From the NCBI GenBank assembly GCA_050951805.1, contig JBMNJT010000002.1, positions 96,001 through 160,000 of the forward strand: a stretch of DNA of 64,000 bases, read 5' to 3'. The DNA comes from Bacillota bacterium. Lineage in GTDB: Bacteria; Bacillota; DTU025. Within the stretch, counting starts at the first letter, position 1; each line of letters opens with the position of its first letter. The position numbers and the translations under genes were made by a program. Below are positions 39,750 through 50,080 of the stretch, piece by piece. Below the pieces are notes generated by a model. That model saw nothing but the letters and a program-made list of their open reading frames with translations. It was not told the DNA's origin and made no database searches.

Positions 39750-39845
39750 TGTGAATTGCCCGGTTTGAGGGATGAAAATTCGATTGCCTAGGCCGACCCG
39801 TGACAGCGTTTGTCGAGTTTAAGAGCATCTATAATGGATTTGCTT
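39750..39845 (+). ncRNA. Candidate CRISPR-like regulatory RNA (degenerate repeat, 37-nt spacer, degenerate repeat)
   Basis: TGAGGGATGAAAAT (39766-39779) matches 12/14 nt of the repeat 3' end. GTTTAAGAGCATCTATAATGGAT (from 39817) matches 18/24 nt of the repeat 5' part with one gap. TTGACA at 39702. Confidence 0.55.
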
Positions 39846-39998
39846 CAATGATGTCGCAGCTTTTGTTGTTGTCGGCCATCTGAAGACATATCCAAGTCTG
39901 ATGCACCTTCTGGGGCTGATGGGTACTGCCACAAGTGTAACTCGTCTAGTGAGGCTGTGAGATGATTCATACTTTCTGTAACGATTAGGGGGGATTGC

Positions 39999-42149
39999 AT
40001 GCTCATAGAGAACCTAATTAGGATTGGAAGGCCCTTCGTTCAGGGCGGGTTGCCGCCAGGAGAGATTATCAAGCAGATTACCGATGTAGCGGAGCCCACG
40101 GCAAGGAATTTCCTTTCACGGGTCTGGGTGGTGGAGATTGATCGCAGGGACGGACAATTCCGAACGGGGCGTCTTCATGTGCAAGAATGGGGCAGCTATC
40201 AGGCAAGTGGCAAATCCTCTAAGGAGGTCTTCGAGCCAGATCTTGATCGTGCGGTTGGTGCGCCTTTCGTTCTCCCAAAGGGTGGCAACCCTCTCTTGCC
40301 TCAGGGGAGATACGGCTTGCCAGTGTATCCCATATACGACCGGACGGTGAGGGAAATAATGGACGCCGAGCGTGATGAGGCTATTGAGCTTTGCTCGTCA
40401 TTTCTGTCATCTCGCATCGAAAGAACCTCGGGGTTTGAGCTTTCGGAGTCGGAAATAGCGGCGGTTGGCTGTCAGATGGCTGATGGGATCAGATCTACTT
40501 GTGTGGAGGACAACGTTAAGGCACTGGGCCTTATCATTCTAGCAGAGTCAACGGAAAATGGCCCTTTTGGCCGAGAAGATTTCCTGCCTTCTGGAAATCC
40601 TCATCTTGCATATGTTGGCCCTTCTGTTTTGGAAGAAGGCAAACATATCATATCTAGGTTGGACAGGTGTGTTGAACCGTTTTGGGAGGCCAAGATAGAA
40701 GAGGGAGTCGAAGGAGGTGAACGGGTTGGGCCAGATGCTGTATGCTTCTTCTGCGACAACGTTGGTAGGACAATATCTGCCTACTGTAAGGCTTGGCCTT
40801 GGATGACTCCAACCTGGGAGTTTCCATTTCCCGCATCGTGGATTTCGAGAAGATCAAGATCCTCCGGCATTGATCACATGGTGGAGGGCATTGCTCTGTG
40901 CGAGGAGTGCTACAAGGCGTTGTTTTACGGTGCAAGCATCTTCCTCAAGTTGTCTACGCCGATGGATACGTGGCTTACTCGAGAGCTCTTCTCGCCTGTC
41001 ACAAGCGCAGGCGGGAGAGAGACTTCAAGGGAGAGAGGAAAAGTTGAGCCAATCTACGGCAGCGCGATAGCCCTCCCGATTCTGGATATGTCTTTCGACG
41101 ATCCAGACGATCGCGAGGAATTTGTTGAAGCAATCTCCTACATGCTCACACAGTCTGATGGTCATGGAGCAGATATGCATTTGAGTTCTATTGCCGGTCT
41201 GGAAGTTTTTATTCCCGAACAACTGAGCAAAGATGATTTTAGAATAAGCATCATGTATTTCAGCGGTAACGTGTCCCAGGGGAATGTGCACCTCAGAGCT
41301 ACCATAGAAGATGTATTGCCATCAACAGCCCGTCTGCTTACCAGGCTGGTGAGGGAAATAGGCGATATTTCCTTGGACATTGCGCGGGCAGTGCGATCTA
41401 GGGACATATCCGATAAGGAATCGGCATTTCTTAAGTCCAGGTATTCCTCATTGCCATACCTTCTTACAATGGCTTATGGAGGCCCTTACCTTTGGGATAC
41501 ACTTTCTTCTGCGTTGCACAGAGCCGATCTTAGCTATCCAAGATTTGTTTCGAACAGTGCTATTAGGATGGGGCAACTGGCACGTCAATTGCCTGATAGT
41601 AGGGATGTCTTTAAAGACGAAGTCATATTCTATCTTACATTCCGCGAGTTTCTCAGGCTTTACCGGGAGAAAATCATGGTAACAGAGAGAGGGGGAGCGT
41701 ACATCGGCATGCGAAACTGGAGAACGCTCTTGGATATGATGTCCAAGGAATTGCCAACGGATATGTGCTTTAAAAACGTTGAAGAGCTTGGTTTTGGATG
41801 TGGGTACCTCACGGGGGTGTTTGCAAGACAGTATTGGGCGGCAACCAAATTCGGAGACAGCGGGAAAGACTACCTAAAGCATCGTGTCATGACATTTGGA
41901 ACAGATCTCAGTCCGGATGTTCTTCACAAGCGTGGTCTTGGTCGCATGGAAGAAGTGGCCAGAAGGGTAAATATGCATCTATCCGAAGACTTCAGAATTA
42001 GGTTGGGGATTGTACTTGCTGAGTATGCCAGGATGGAAGACGATGTAAGCAGCGATCGTCATGGCTTCATGGCAGCTTTCTGGTCCGGTTATAACTTGTC
42101 ATCAGTTGCGGCGCAGGAAAAGCGCAGTGCTTCGGAATCCTTGACATAG
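39999..42149 (+). CDS. cas8b: Type I-B large subunit Cas8b (Csh1/TM1802-like)
   Basis: 716 aa, first gene before cas7/cas5/cas3; CFFC and CEEC Zn motifs; helical C-terminus ending AAFWSGY. Confidence 0.78.
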   Translation: MLIENLIRIGRPFVQGGLPPGEIIKQITDVAEPTARNFLSRVWVVEIDRRDGQFRTGRLHVQEWGSYQASGKSSKEVFEPDLDRAVGAPFVLPKGGNPLLPQGRYGLPVYPIYDRTVREIMDAERDEAIELCSSFLSSRIERTSGFELSESEIAAVGCQMADGIRSTCVEDNVKALGLIILAESTENGPFGREDFLPSGNPHLAYVGPSVLEEGKHIISRLDRCVEPFWEAKIEEGVEGGERVGPDAVCFFCDNVGRTISAYCKAWPWMTPTWEFPFPASWISRRSRSSGIDHMVEGIALCEECYKALFYGASIFLKLSTPMDTWLTRELFSPVTSAGGRETSRERGKVEPIYGSAIALPILDMSFDDPDDREEFVEAISYMLTQSDGHGADMHLSSIAGLEVFIPEQLSKDDFRISIMYFSGNVSQGNVHLRATIEDVLPSTARLLTRLVREIGDISLDIARAVRSRDISDKESAFLKSRYSSLPYLLTMAYGGPYLWDTLSSALHRADLSYPRFVSNSAIRMGQLARQLPDSRDVFKDEVIFYLTFREFLRLYREKIMVTERGGAYIGMRNWRTLLDMMSKELPTDMCFKNVEELGFGCGYLTGVFARQYWAATKFGDSGKDYLKHRVMTFGTDLSPDVLHKRGLGRMEEVARRVNMHLSEDFRIRLGIVLAEYARMEDDVSSDRHGFMAAFWSGYNLSSVAAQEKRSASESLT

Positions 42150-42178
42150 AGAGCAAAGCGTGAGAGGAGAGAAGACTT

Positions 42179-43135
42179 ATGTCAGTAAGAAATGGCGAAA
42201 TACTTTTTGTCAAGTGTGTGAAGGACGGCATCCCCAATAGGGATCCACTGAATGAGAGCGATGCCAGACGGATCTTCGGTGAAGATGATGGTAGGATATC
42301 TCTTTCCGATGTGAGTATGAAGCGAGATGTTCGAGATTACGTTCAGGCGAAGTATCCAGACGGAGGCGACGACAAGCAGCACTTCATTTTTTGTCGCGAG
42401 GAGAGGCGCGACGATGGTAAGCTAATGGGTCGAGAGAGCTTAGCTCGGAGTATCATTGAAAGGGCCAACCTTGAGGATAAGGCGACCGTTAAGGATGCGC
42501 TGATGAAGGCTGCTTTCGATGTTCGGGTATTTGGAGCCGTCTACAGTGTGAAAAAAGAGGCATTTAATCAGACCGGTCCTGTGCAATTCGGCTGGGCACA
42601 TTCGCTTCATCCAGTCGAAACGAAATATGTACAGGGAACCGTCGTGATGCCAAGCGAGGACGTCAAAGCGACCGAGACAGGTGAAGAAGGCGGCAAAGGA
42701 CAAGGCACGATATGGACGAGCTATACTTTGCCGTTTGCGGTCTTTATCATGCCTGGAGTGATCAATGCAACAATCGGCAAAGACACAGGACTGTCAGCGT
42801 CTGATGTGGATTTGCTTCTGGAAGCTCTCTGGCTGGGCACTTTGCACCGACAGGCAAGAGGCCGCGGACTACAACAGCCAGTCTTTATGTTGCACGTTGA
42901 ATACGATGATCCGTTTTTCAGGCTCGGCTACCTTGAGGATTATGTCAAGCTGGAGCCTGAAAGGGATGTATGGCTCGGAGGTAATCCCCCGACGGCTCTA
43001 ACGGATGTGTCGCTAGATGTTACAAAGCTTGCGGATGTGCTTAATGGATGCAACCGAATTGCCAGGGTGCGGAGCTGGGTTGGGACAAGAGCGAACATCA
43101 TTGGGGATATTCCAGGGGAAGTCTGCAACTTTTAG
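42179..43135 (+). CDS. cas7: Cas7b (Csh2/Csd2 family)
   Basis: PNRDP, SDVSMKRDVRDY, DVRVFGAV, TGPVQF. Confidence 0.92.
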   Translation: MSVRNGEILFVKCVKDGIPNRDPLNESDARRIFGEDDGRISLSDVSMKRDVRDYVQAKYPDGGDDKQHFIFCREERRDDGKLMGRESLARSIIERANLEDKATVKDALMKAAFDVRVFGAVYSVKKEAFNQTGPVQFGWAHSLHPVETKYVQGTVVMPSEDVKATETGEEGGKGQGTIWTSYTLPFAVFIMPGVINATIGKDTGLSASDVDLLLEALWLGTLHRQARGRGLQQPVFMLHVEYDDPFFRLGYLEDYVKLEPERDVWLGGNPPTALTDVSLDVTKLADVLNGCNRIARVRSWVGTRANIIGDIPGEVCNF

Positions 43136-43158
43136 TGGATGTAAGGGGGCAGGTTAGG

Positions 43159-43866
43159 TTGAAGGTTCTTTCATTTGACCTGCGGGGTGATGTTGGCCAT
43201 TTCCGTCGGCCTGATACTACCGTAACTCACGCTACATATCCGTTTATTACGCGGACCGTTCTCGCAGGGCTTTGCGCCTCTGTTATCGGGCGAGAGTCGC
43301 TGGACGGAGACAACTTTATGGGCATTCAACTGCTATCGAGGGCAAGGACCGTAGTGCAACAGATGTCGATGCTTGGAAAGGGCTGGTTAGGCAGCTCTAG
43401 CGGAACATTTAATAGACCTACGTCAATTGAACTAGTCGTGTCACCAAACTACAGGATCTACTATACGGGTCCCTATTTACAAGAATTGTTTGATATGATA
43501 TCCACTGGCAGAAGTGTATTTCATACTTATCTTGGCAGCGCATATTGCCTTACGTTTCCTCACAATGCTAGGCTCAGCGACTTAGAACGCATAGATCCTC
43601 ATCCGTATACAGCTGTTGAATCTGCCACTGTAGTTCCAACCCAGGCTATTCGAGAGCTTGTATTTACGGATGGCGCCGAATACGGCAGAGTCGGTGGGAT
43701 GCAATATCAGCGAATAGGAGACAGGAGTTTCGAAGGGACGGTCAACGTGATTTATGAGGTCAATGGTGGATCAGTGGTGTTCAGGAGTGTTGAATCCAGA
43801 AAGCGTGATGAGAAGCCATATATGATCCTTGCCCTTGACGAGTCGAGAGTTGTGACTCTTTGGTGA
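43159..43866 (+). CDS. cas5: Cas5
   Basis: FDLRGDVGHFRRP..TYPFITRTVLAGL, PTSIE, YLG; TTG start after AAGGGGG. Confidence 0.9.
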   Translation: MKVLSFDLRGDVGHFRRPDTTVTHATYPFITRTVLAGLCASVIGRESLDGDNFMGIQLLSRARTVVQQMSMLGKGWLGSSSGTFNRPTSIELVVSPNYRIYYTGPYLQELFDMISTGRSVFHTYLGSAYCLTFPHNARLSDLERIDPHPYTAVESATVVPTQAIRELVFTDGAEYGRVGGMQYQRIGDRSFEGTVNVIYEVNGGSVVFRSVESRKRDEKPYMILALDESRVVTLW

Positions 43867-43926
43867 CTAGCGAGTATGATGCGTGCGTAGAAGTGTTTGT
43901 ATGATGTTGTCAGTCTGTAGGGATGG

Positions 43927-46371
43927 ATGGTCATGAGACTTATTCGTTTTGAAAAGTGCATTGCAAGGCCAGATAATGCAGATGGGTCCAAGAACATGCT
44001 TACAGATCATCTGGTGGCCACAGCGTTTGGTTGGGGCGATCCGTCTAGTCAAACCCTGACTTCTCTCAACTTTCTCGGCGGTCTGCTTCACGACGCGGGA
44101 AAAGCTAGATGGAGATGGCAGCGGTATATAGGAGATCGCCAGAGCGGTGGAAGGAGCTTTCCATCCGTTAATCACGCACCCCTTGGCTCTGCTGTTTTCA
44201 TGTATGCTGCTTCCAAACTTGTGGCCACTTGGGATCTTCGCCGCGAGGAGCTTTGGGAGGCGCGACGCCAAATCCTCCGAATTTCGCGAGACATATATGA
44301 TCACCATGGCGAGCTGGGCGACATTGAAGGGGAGCCGCCATGGGCAGCTACACTAACTTCTGATCATGTAGCTGAGTGCGATATGGGTGGGCTTTTTCAC
44401 TTCGTCAATTCCTATTTCCCGGGCCTTAAGCTTGACGGTGCGGAGTTTACTCAATGGCTGAGCAGGGCTCCCGAGATTTGGGAGACATGGGCTGCTAAGT
44501 GTGAATCGAGGTTCAGGGCTGAGCTAACTAGAAAGGTGAGTAGATTCTCTGTCGCAGCAAGCCACTGCGTGCGAATTCCAACGTCGGGCTTGATAGCTTC
44601 CGACAGATTGGACGCAGCCGGGATCTTGCCGGGCGCGGACTTGATTTCACCGGAGATGGCTGCTGAAGCTGAATCAAGATTACTGGATTATTGCTCAGCT
44701 CGAGCTGAGTCTTTTTCGGGTCAGAAAGGCCCTCGCAAACTCACATCGCTCCGTCAAATGGTGCAGGATGAATGTGTAAGGCGGTTTGTCGATTCTTCGT
44801 CGGCCCATATGTATACGCTTGTACTGCCTACAGGACTTGGCAAGACTCTAACCAGCCTAAGAGTGGCCTTGAAAGCTTGCCAATCTGGGATGTGCAGTCG
44901 AATAATCTATGTTGCTCCGTATTTGTCAATCTTGTCGCAAGCTACAAGAGAGGTAAGACATGCTACGGGACTTGAAGTTCTGGAACACCATCACCTATCC
45001 GCTATTTCCGTAATAGGTGCTGAAAACGAGGGCCTCAAAGACTGCTTGCCTACTGGCAATGATGATACGACGATGCTTGATTCTTGGCTTGCGCCAGTTG
45101 TAACTACAACTTTCAATCAGTTCTTCCGCGCTCTCTTTCCAGAGAGAGCACAGCATACGATGAGGCTTCAAGCCCTTCATGGAGCTTTTGTCATAATAGA
45201 TGAACCCCAAGTAATCGACAGATCTGCTTGGACTCTATTTCTGACTATGACTGAAGCCATGATCAAGCAGGCTAATGCCAAGCTGCTTTTCTCCACGGCT
45301 ACTCTGCCTCCGCTTCAGCCAGGGCTTTCGTCCGATCCTGTAATCCTTGCACCACCATACCTGGAGGTGGAATCAAGATACGAAGTGGATGTGCTCGAAT
45401 GGCCACTGGGGGAAGATGAGGTTGCCCAGATGGCAGCTGAAGCGGTAGGGGACGCAGGTTCGGTGGCGGTGATAATGAACACCGTAGGAGATGCATATGA
45501 GGTGTACAATCGTGTCCGAGGCCTCCTGCCGAAGGAGGTCTGTTTTTTATTGACAGGGGCGATGACAGCGCCTCATAAGGCGAAAAGGATAGACGAGATT
45601 AAGGCAGCCCTTAAGCAGGGGAGGCCTGTGTTGGCAATATGTACTCAGATCTTGGAATGTGGTGTCGATCTCAGTTTTGCACGCATGTTCAGAGCGGCGC
45701 CGGTGCTGCCGTCAATAGTGCAAGCTGCCGGGCGAGTGAACAGACATGCAGAGTTAGGGATTGGAAGAATCACTGTTTTCAGGTTTTTGCGAGGCGGAGA
45801 AGACGATACTCGTCGCTATGTGTATCGTTCAGGCCCCGTCAGGGAAGCGACGGATGTCTGTCTGGCAGCGTACCCTGCATGGGGGGAGCAGCAGTCTTCC
45901 GAGGTGTTGAACGAATACCATAGTCAAGTGATGGCCAGATCCACGGCGACTGAGTCACTTGAAGCACTGGTTGAGGCGGCGTGTGGCAGGTGGTCTGCTT
46001 TTGGAAGGGTGGATCCATTTGACGGCGACTACCCGCATGTTAGTGTCTTTGTGCCTTTCGGTGAAGATTTGCTGGATTCGCACGTCATGAGTCTGCTTCA
46101 ACGTTATGCTCCCATGGGGTTGGATCAGCTTTACGACCGCTACTTGGATCGTGGATTCCGTTCGAACCTTTCGTTCCGTGAGAGGAAGGAATTTATGGCG
46201 CTGATGCAACACTTCATTGTGCCTTTGGATGAGAAGTCTGCACATGGGAGAGTGGCGATTGATCCGGAGCGGCCTATAGCAATCCTTGCAGATAGGCGCG
46301 ACTATTGCGCAGAGACTGGGTTTGCACATCTCAAGTGTGAAGGCAACACGACCTCCCGCATAATGATATGA
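43927..46371 (+). CDS. cas3: Cas3 HD nuclease-helicase
   Basis: LTDHL, LHDAGKA, DHHG, LPTGLGKT, IIDEPQ, STAT, TQILECGVD, QAAGRVNR. Confidence 0.95.
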   Translation: MVMRLIRFEKCIARPDNADGSKNMLTDHLVATAFGWGDPSSQTLTSLNFLGGLLHDAGKARWRWQRYIGDRQSGGRSFPSVNHAPLGSAVFMYAASKLVATWDLRREELWEARRQILRISRDIYDHHGELGDIEGEPPWAATLTSDHVAECDMGGLFHFVNSYFPGLKLDGAEFTQWLSRAPEIWETWAAKCESRFRAELTRKVSRFSVAASHCVRIPTSGLIASDRLDAAGILPGADLISPEMAAEAESRLLDYCSARAESFSGQKGPRKLTSLRQMVQDECVRRFVDSSSAHMYTLVLPTGLGKTLTSLRVALKACQSGMCSRIIYVAPYLSILSQATREVRHATGLEVLEHHHLSAISVIGAENEGLKDCLPTGNDDTTMLDSWLAPVVTTTFNQFFRALFPERAQHTMRLQALHGAFVIIDEPQVIDRSAWTLFLTMTEAMIKQANAKLLFSTATLPPLQPGLSSDPVILAPPYLEVESRYEVDVLEWPLGEDEVAQMAAEAVGDAGSVAVIMNTVGDAYEVYNRVRGLLPKEVCFLLTGAMTAPHKAKRIDEIKAALKQGRPVLAICTQILECGVDLSFARMFRAAPVLPSIVQAAGRVNRHAELGIGRITVFRFLRGGEDDTRRYVYRSGPVREATDVCLAAYPAWGEQQSSEVLNEYHSQVMARSTATESLEALVEAACGRWSAFGRVDPFDGDYPHVSVFVPFGEDLLDSHVMSLLQRYAPMGLDQLYDRYLDRGFRSNLSFRERKEFMALMQHFIVPLDEKSAHGRVAIDPERPIAILADRRDYCAETGFAHLKCEGNTTSRIMI

Positions 46372-46393
46372 ACCTCAGTGTATCCTTGGAGGG

Positions 46394-46909
46394 GTGCAGA
46401 TGCAGCAGGCTGGCTATGTGCATGTGACAGGAACCTTAGTGCGGTACTACTATGTCTGTAAACGACAGGTTTGGCTGCTGGCACATCAAATTGTGCCGGA
46501 CCAGGAGCATGAGGGCATAGTTGTGGGACGCCACATTCATGAGCATGCGTTCAAAAGGGAAAGGAAAGAGGTATGGCTGGAATCTGGGAAAATGGATATT
46601 GTCGGCATGAAGGATGGCAAACTAGTAGTAGGCGAGGTAAAGAAAAGCTCAAGAAGTGCAGATAGTGCACGAATGCAGCTCCTGTTCTACCTGGATGAAC
46701 TGAAAAATCGTGGCATAGAGGCCCGGGGCGAGTTGCGGTTTCCGAAAGAGAAGAGGCGTGAAGCGGTTGAGCTGACCGAGGACGCCATCGCGGAGCTTGA
46801 ACGAGTCAGAACTGAGATTCGCGAAATTGTGTGCATGGAAACACCGCCCAAAGCCCGGAGAATCAAGTACTGCAGAGGCTGTGCTTATGCAGAGTTGTGC
46901 TGGGCCTGA
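46394..46909 (+). CDS. cas4: Cas4
   Basis: YYYVCKRQVWL, EVKKS, QLLFYL, CRGCAYAELC. Confidence 0.95.
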   Translation: MQMQQAGYVHVTGTLVRYYYVCKRQVWLLAHQIVPDQEHEGIVVGRHIHEHAFKRERKEVWLESGKMDIVGMKDGKLVVGEVKKSSRSADSARMQLLFYLDELKNRGIEARGELRFPKEKRREAVELTEDAIAELERVRTEIREIVCMETPPKARRIKYCRGCAYAELCWA

Positions 46910-46941
46910 AAACCTATTACCTATCGGAGGGGAAGTGACAA

Positions 46942-47937
46942 TTGCGAAAAACAGTATTCGTATTTTCAGACGGCGAGCTCAAACGCAAACACAACACCGT
47001 GTTCTTTGAGACAGAGGATGGCGAAAAACGTTACCTGCCGATTCAAGACATAGGGGAGATAATGGCGTTTGGAGAGATTACTGTAAACAAGAGGCTGTTG
47101 GAGTTCCTTGGGAAGAAAGAGGTCATCCTCCATTTTTTCAACTACTATGGCTACTATATTGGCAGCTTTTATCCGAGGGAACATATGAACTCCGGTTACA
47201 TGACGCTTCGGCAAGCAGAGCACTATCTTGATCACGAAAAGCGAATTACGCTGGCCCGGCAATTTGTTTTAGGAGCAGCGCAAAACATGATTCAGGTGCT
47301 CAAGTACTATGAGAGGCGTGGGAGGCTGGGGAGTGAGATAAGACTTATCATTGAAGAATTGGCCGACGAATTGGATGCTTGCCATGACACGGATGAACTT
47401 ATGGGGATTGAGGGTAACATGCGAAACCATTATTACAAGGCTTTTGATCAGATACTTGACAATCCATTGTTTAGATTTGAGAAGCGTAGCCGGAGACCTC
47501 CCAGGAATCACATGAACACCCTTATAAGTTTTGGCAACTCCATCTTGTATACAATGGTGTTGAGTGAGATATATAAAACTCACTTGGATCCGCGCATTGG
47601 CTTCCTCCACGCCACGAACTTTCGCCGCTTCAGCCTCAATCTCGATATCGCGGAGATTTTCAAACCGATCATAGTTGATCGCACCATATTTACACTAGTT
47701 AACAGAAACCAGCTGACAGAGAGTGACTTTGAAAAAGAAATGGGCGGGATCATGCTCAAGGAATCTGGGAGGAAAACGTTTGTGGCAGAAATGGACCGGA
47801 AGCTAAGCACAACATTGACGCATGAGAAGACCGGCAGGCAAGTCTCGTATCGAAGGCTCATACGATTGGAGCTTTACAAGCTTCAAAAAAGTCTCATGGG
47901 CGAAGAGCCCTACCGCCCATACGTGGCTCGATGGTGA
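46942..47937 (+). CDS. cas1: Cas1, type I-B
   Basis: HFFNYYGYYIGSFYPRE, LMGIEG, NTLISFGN, GFLH, LDIAEIFKP. Confidence 0.97.
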   Translation: MRKTVFVFSDGELKRKHNTVFFETEDGEKRYLPIQDIGEIMAFGEITVNKRLLEFLGKKEVILHFFNYYGYYIGSFYPREHMNSGYMTLRQAEHYLDHEKRITLARQFVLGAAQNMIQVLKYYERRGRLGSEIRLIIEELADELDACHDTDELMGIEGNMRNHYYKAFDQILDNPLFRFEKRSRRPPRNHMNTLISFGNSILYTMVLSEIYKTHLDPRIGFLHATNFRRFSLNLDIAEIFKPIIVDRTIFTLVNRNQLTESDFEKEMGGIMLKESGRKTFVAEMDRKLSTTLTHEKTGRQVSYRRLIRLELYKLQKSLMGEEPYRPYVARW

Positions 47938-47946
47938 GGTGAAGGC

Positions 47947-48210
47947 GTGTACGTTATTCTTGTCTATGACGTTGATCAGTCTAGAACGTCAAAGATGCTG
48001 AAGAAGTGTCGTGAATACCTTTACTGGGTTCAAAACTCCGTCTTCGAAGGGGAAATTACCCGTGCGGACCTAGAAATGCTGAAGATGGAATTAGAAGAAA
48101 TCATGGATGTGGATGAAGATTCTGTGATCATCTACAGCCTGCGCTCGACCAAATACTCGTCAAAGGAAATTCTGGGAGTCGAGAAAGGTGGACGGGAGTT
48201 GATCATATGA
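47947..48210 (+). CDS. cas2: Cas2
   Basis: YVILVYDV, WVQNSVFEG, DSVIIY. Confidence 0.96.
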   Translation: MYVILVYDVDQSRTSKMLKKCREYLYWVQNSVFEGEITRADLEMLKMELEEIMDVDEDSVIIYSLRSTKYSSKEILGVEKGGRELII

Positions 48211-48269
48211 AGAACAACTTGGCCGAATACCGTGGTGCGTTGCCGCAGATGTTGTGTTTTCGTTGGTAC

Positions 48270-48444
48270 GCAAGCGTCAAATAACCCCTGCTTGATATTT
48301 GGGCTGGGGCCATTTGGCGGTTTAGTCGGGTTGCTTAGCTATAGGTTGGGACTTGTAGAGGTCCACAGGATCCAACTTACTACCGACTTGACCGATATCG
48401 ACGTCGCCAAGAAGCAGCACGAAGCTTGTGTCACTGATAACTAG
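48270..48444 (+). mobile_element. Remnant of an IS110-family element 5' end
   Basis: 48397-48444 encodes IDVAKKQHEACVTDN*, resembling the N-terminal GIDVAK..H motif of IS110 DEDD recombinases. Left limit approximate. Confidence 0.5.
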
Positions 48445-48493
48445 AGTAGCTCGTTCCGAACACGCAGCCCAAAGCTGGCGCCTATTGCCGCTA

Positions 48494-50080
48494 AGTCACG
48501 TCCGATATAATGCTGTAAAAAGGCCTTAACCCTGTTGTGGTGGGTGGGGATGGGTATGGAAAGGCCACTGGTTCTCTAGTAGAATTGGAGCATGTAAGAA
48601 CCAATTATCTACTAGGAGGAGAACCAATGGCTACATATCAGATTAGCATATCCGAAGAGCAATTGCATGGACTTTTTGATGGGGACCGTGGGTTAGCAAA
48701 CCTTCTTGAATCAGTGCTTAACCAGGTGCTTGAAGCGCAGGCTACGGAGCAGCTTGGGGCAGAGCCTTATCAGAGAACTGAGGAGCGGACCGGGTATCGC
48801 AATGGGTCCAGAAGGCGACCCTTGGTGACGCGGGTGGGCTCAATTACCTTCGAGGTCCCTCAGTTTAGAGAGGGCAAGCTGGATACGGACCTTTTTGAAA
48901 GGTACCAGCGCAGCGAGCCCTGATTGCCACGCTTATTGGAACGGAGTGTCTACTCGTAAGATTCGAAAGATAACCCGCGAGCTATGTGGTGTGGACATCT
49001 CGGAATCCACAGTCTCAGACATGGTGAAGACGCTGGACCCTGCAGTGCGCGAATGGCGCGAACGTCATCTCGACAAAGAGCCATATCCATTTCTATTGGT
49101 TGATGCGATAGGGATCAAGATCCGCAATGGAGGCAGGATTTGGAATCACATGCCGTAGGCGTAAACTCTGAAGGCATGCGCGAGATTATCGGGTTCATGC
49201 GAGAAGGAAGACTCATGGCGCGAGTTCTTCAACTCTTTAAAGGCAAGGGGCCTTTCGGGCGTAGACCTTGTGGTGTCAGATGACCATGGAGGACTAGTCA
49301 ATGCTGTAGCAGTAGAGTTTCAGGGGGCATCATGGCAGCGTTGCCAGACTCATTTCACTAAGAACATCCTGGATGCGTGCCCCAAGGCAACTCCACTCCC
49401 GACTGCGCCTCATGTTTGAAGCGCCCGATATGGATACTGCCAGAGAATTGCTTGGTGGTGGCATCACCGCTGATTTCGCAGCTCGGGCCCCTAAGGCAAT
49501 CGACAGGCTTGAAGAAGGATTTGACGATGCAATGGCTGTAATGGTTCTACCCCAATGCCTCCGGAAAAGGCTGAGAACAACCAACTGTGTAGAGAGAGAT
49601 CCGAAGGCGGGAACGGGTGATAAGGATATTCCCAAACGGTGATTCGGCCATCAGGCTGCTTGGTGCTGCGCTTATCGAAAGGGATGAGTACCGCTCGCAG
49701 GTATCTCAACATGGCTGAGTATTGGCAATGGAAGCAGGCTTGTGAATCGGGCCAGGCAGAATCCTCGCTCCATGTCGCTTGAGGGTTAGCGCTTCTCGTT
49801 ACAATCCAAGCTGATGGCTATCGCTGACTCCGGCGCAGACCGAGAGGCAAGCAGAACCTAGCTAGAGATAAATATCTTGGCCATGGACGCAATTTGCCGC
49901 TAGGCCGAGCCGGAGTACAATACTCATTCGGCTTGGATAGAAAGTGCAAACCAGTCGAATGCGTCCAGTATACCAAGGAAGAGGAATTGGATGAAATTCG
50001 TCGGCAGTCCCGACTAGCTATCTATATAAACATGCTCCAGTAGAGGAGAACTGTTTTTACAGCACATTTCGGACTTGATC
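48494..50080 (+). mobile_element. Degenerate IS256-family element
   Basis: Imperfect terminal IRs AGTCACGTCCGATATAATGCTGTAAAA (48494-48520) and TTTTACAGCACATTTCGGACTTGATC (50055-50080); no perfect target duplication visible. Confidence 0.85.
48627..49782 (+). pseudogene. IS256 transposase, multiply frameshifted
   Basis: GAEPYQRTEERTGYRNG, FERYQRSE, GVSTRKI, YPFLLVDA, WQRCQTHF and LRTTNCVER fall in different frames. Confidence 0.9.

Noticed and set aside
45196-45212. Cas3 Walker B reads DEPQ rather than DEAH
   Set aside because: DExQ variants are common in type I-B/I-C Cas3; no sign of inactivation.
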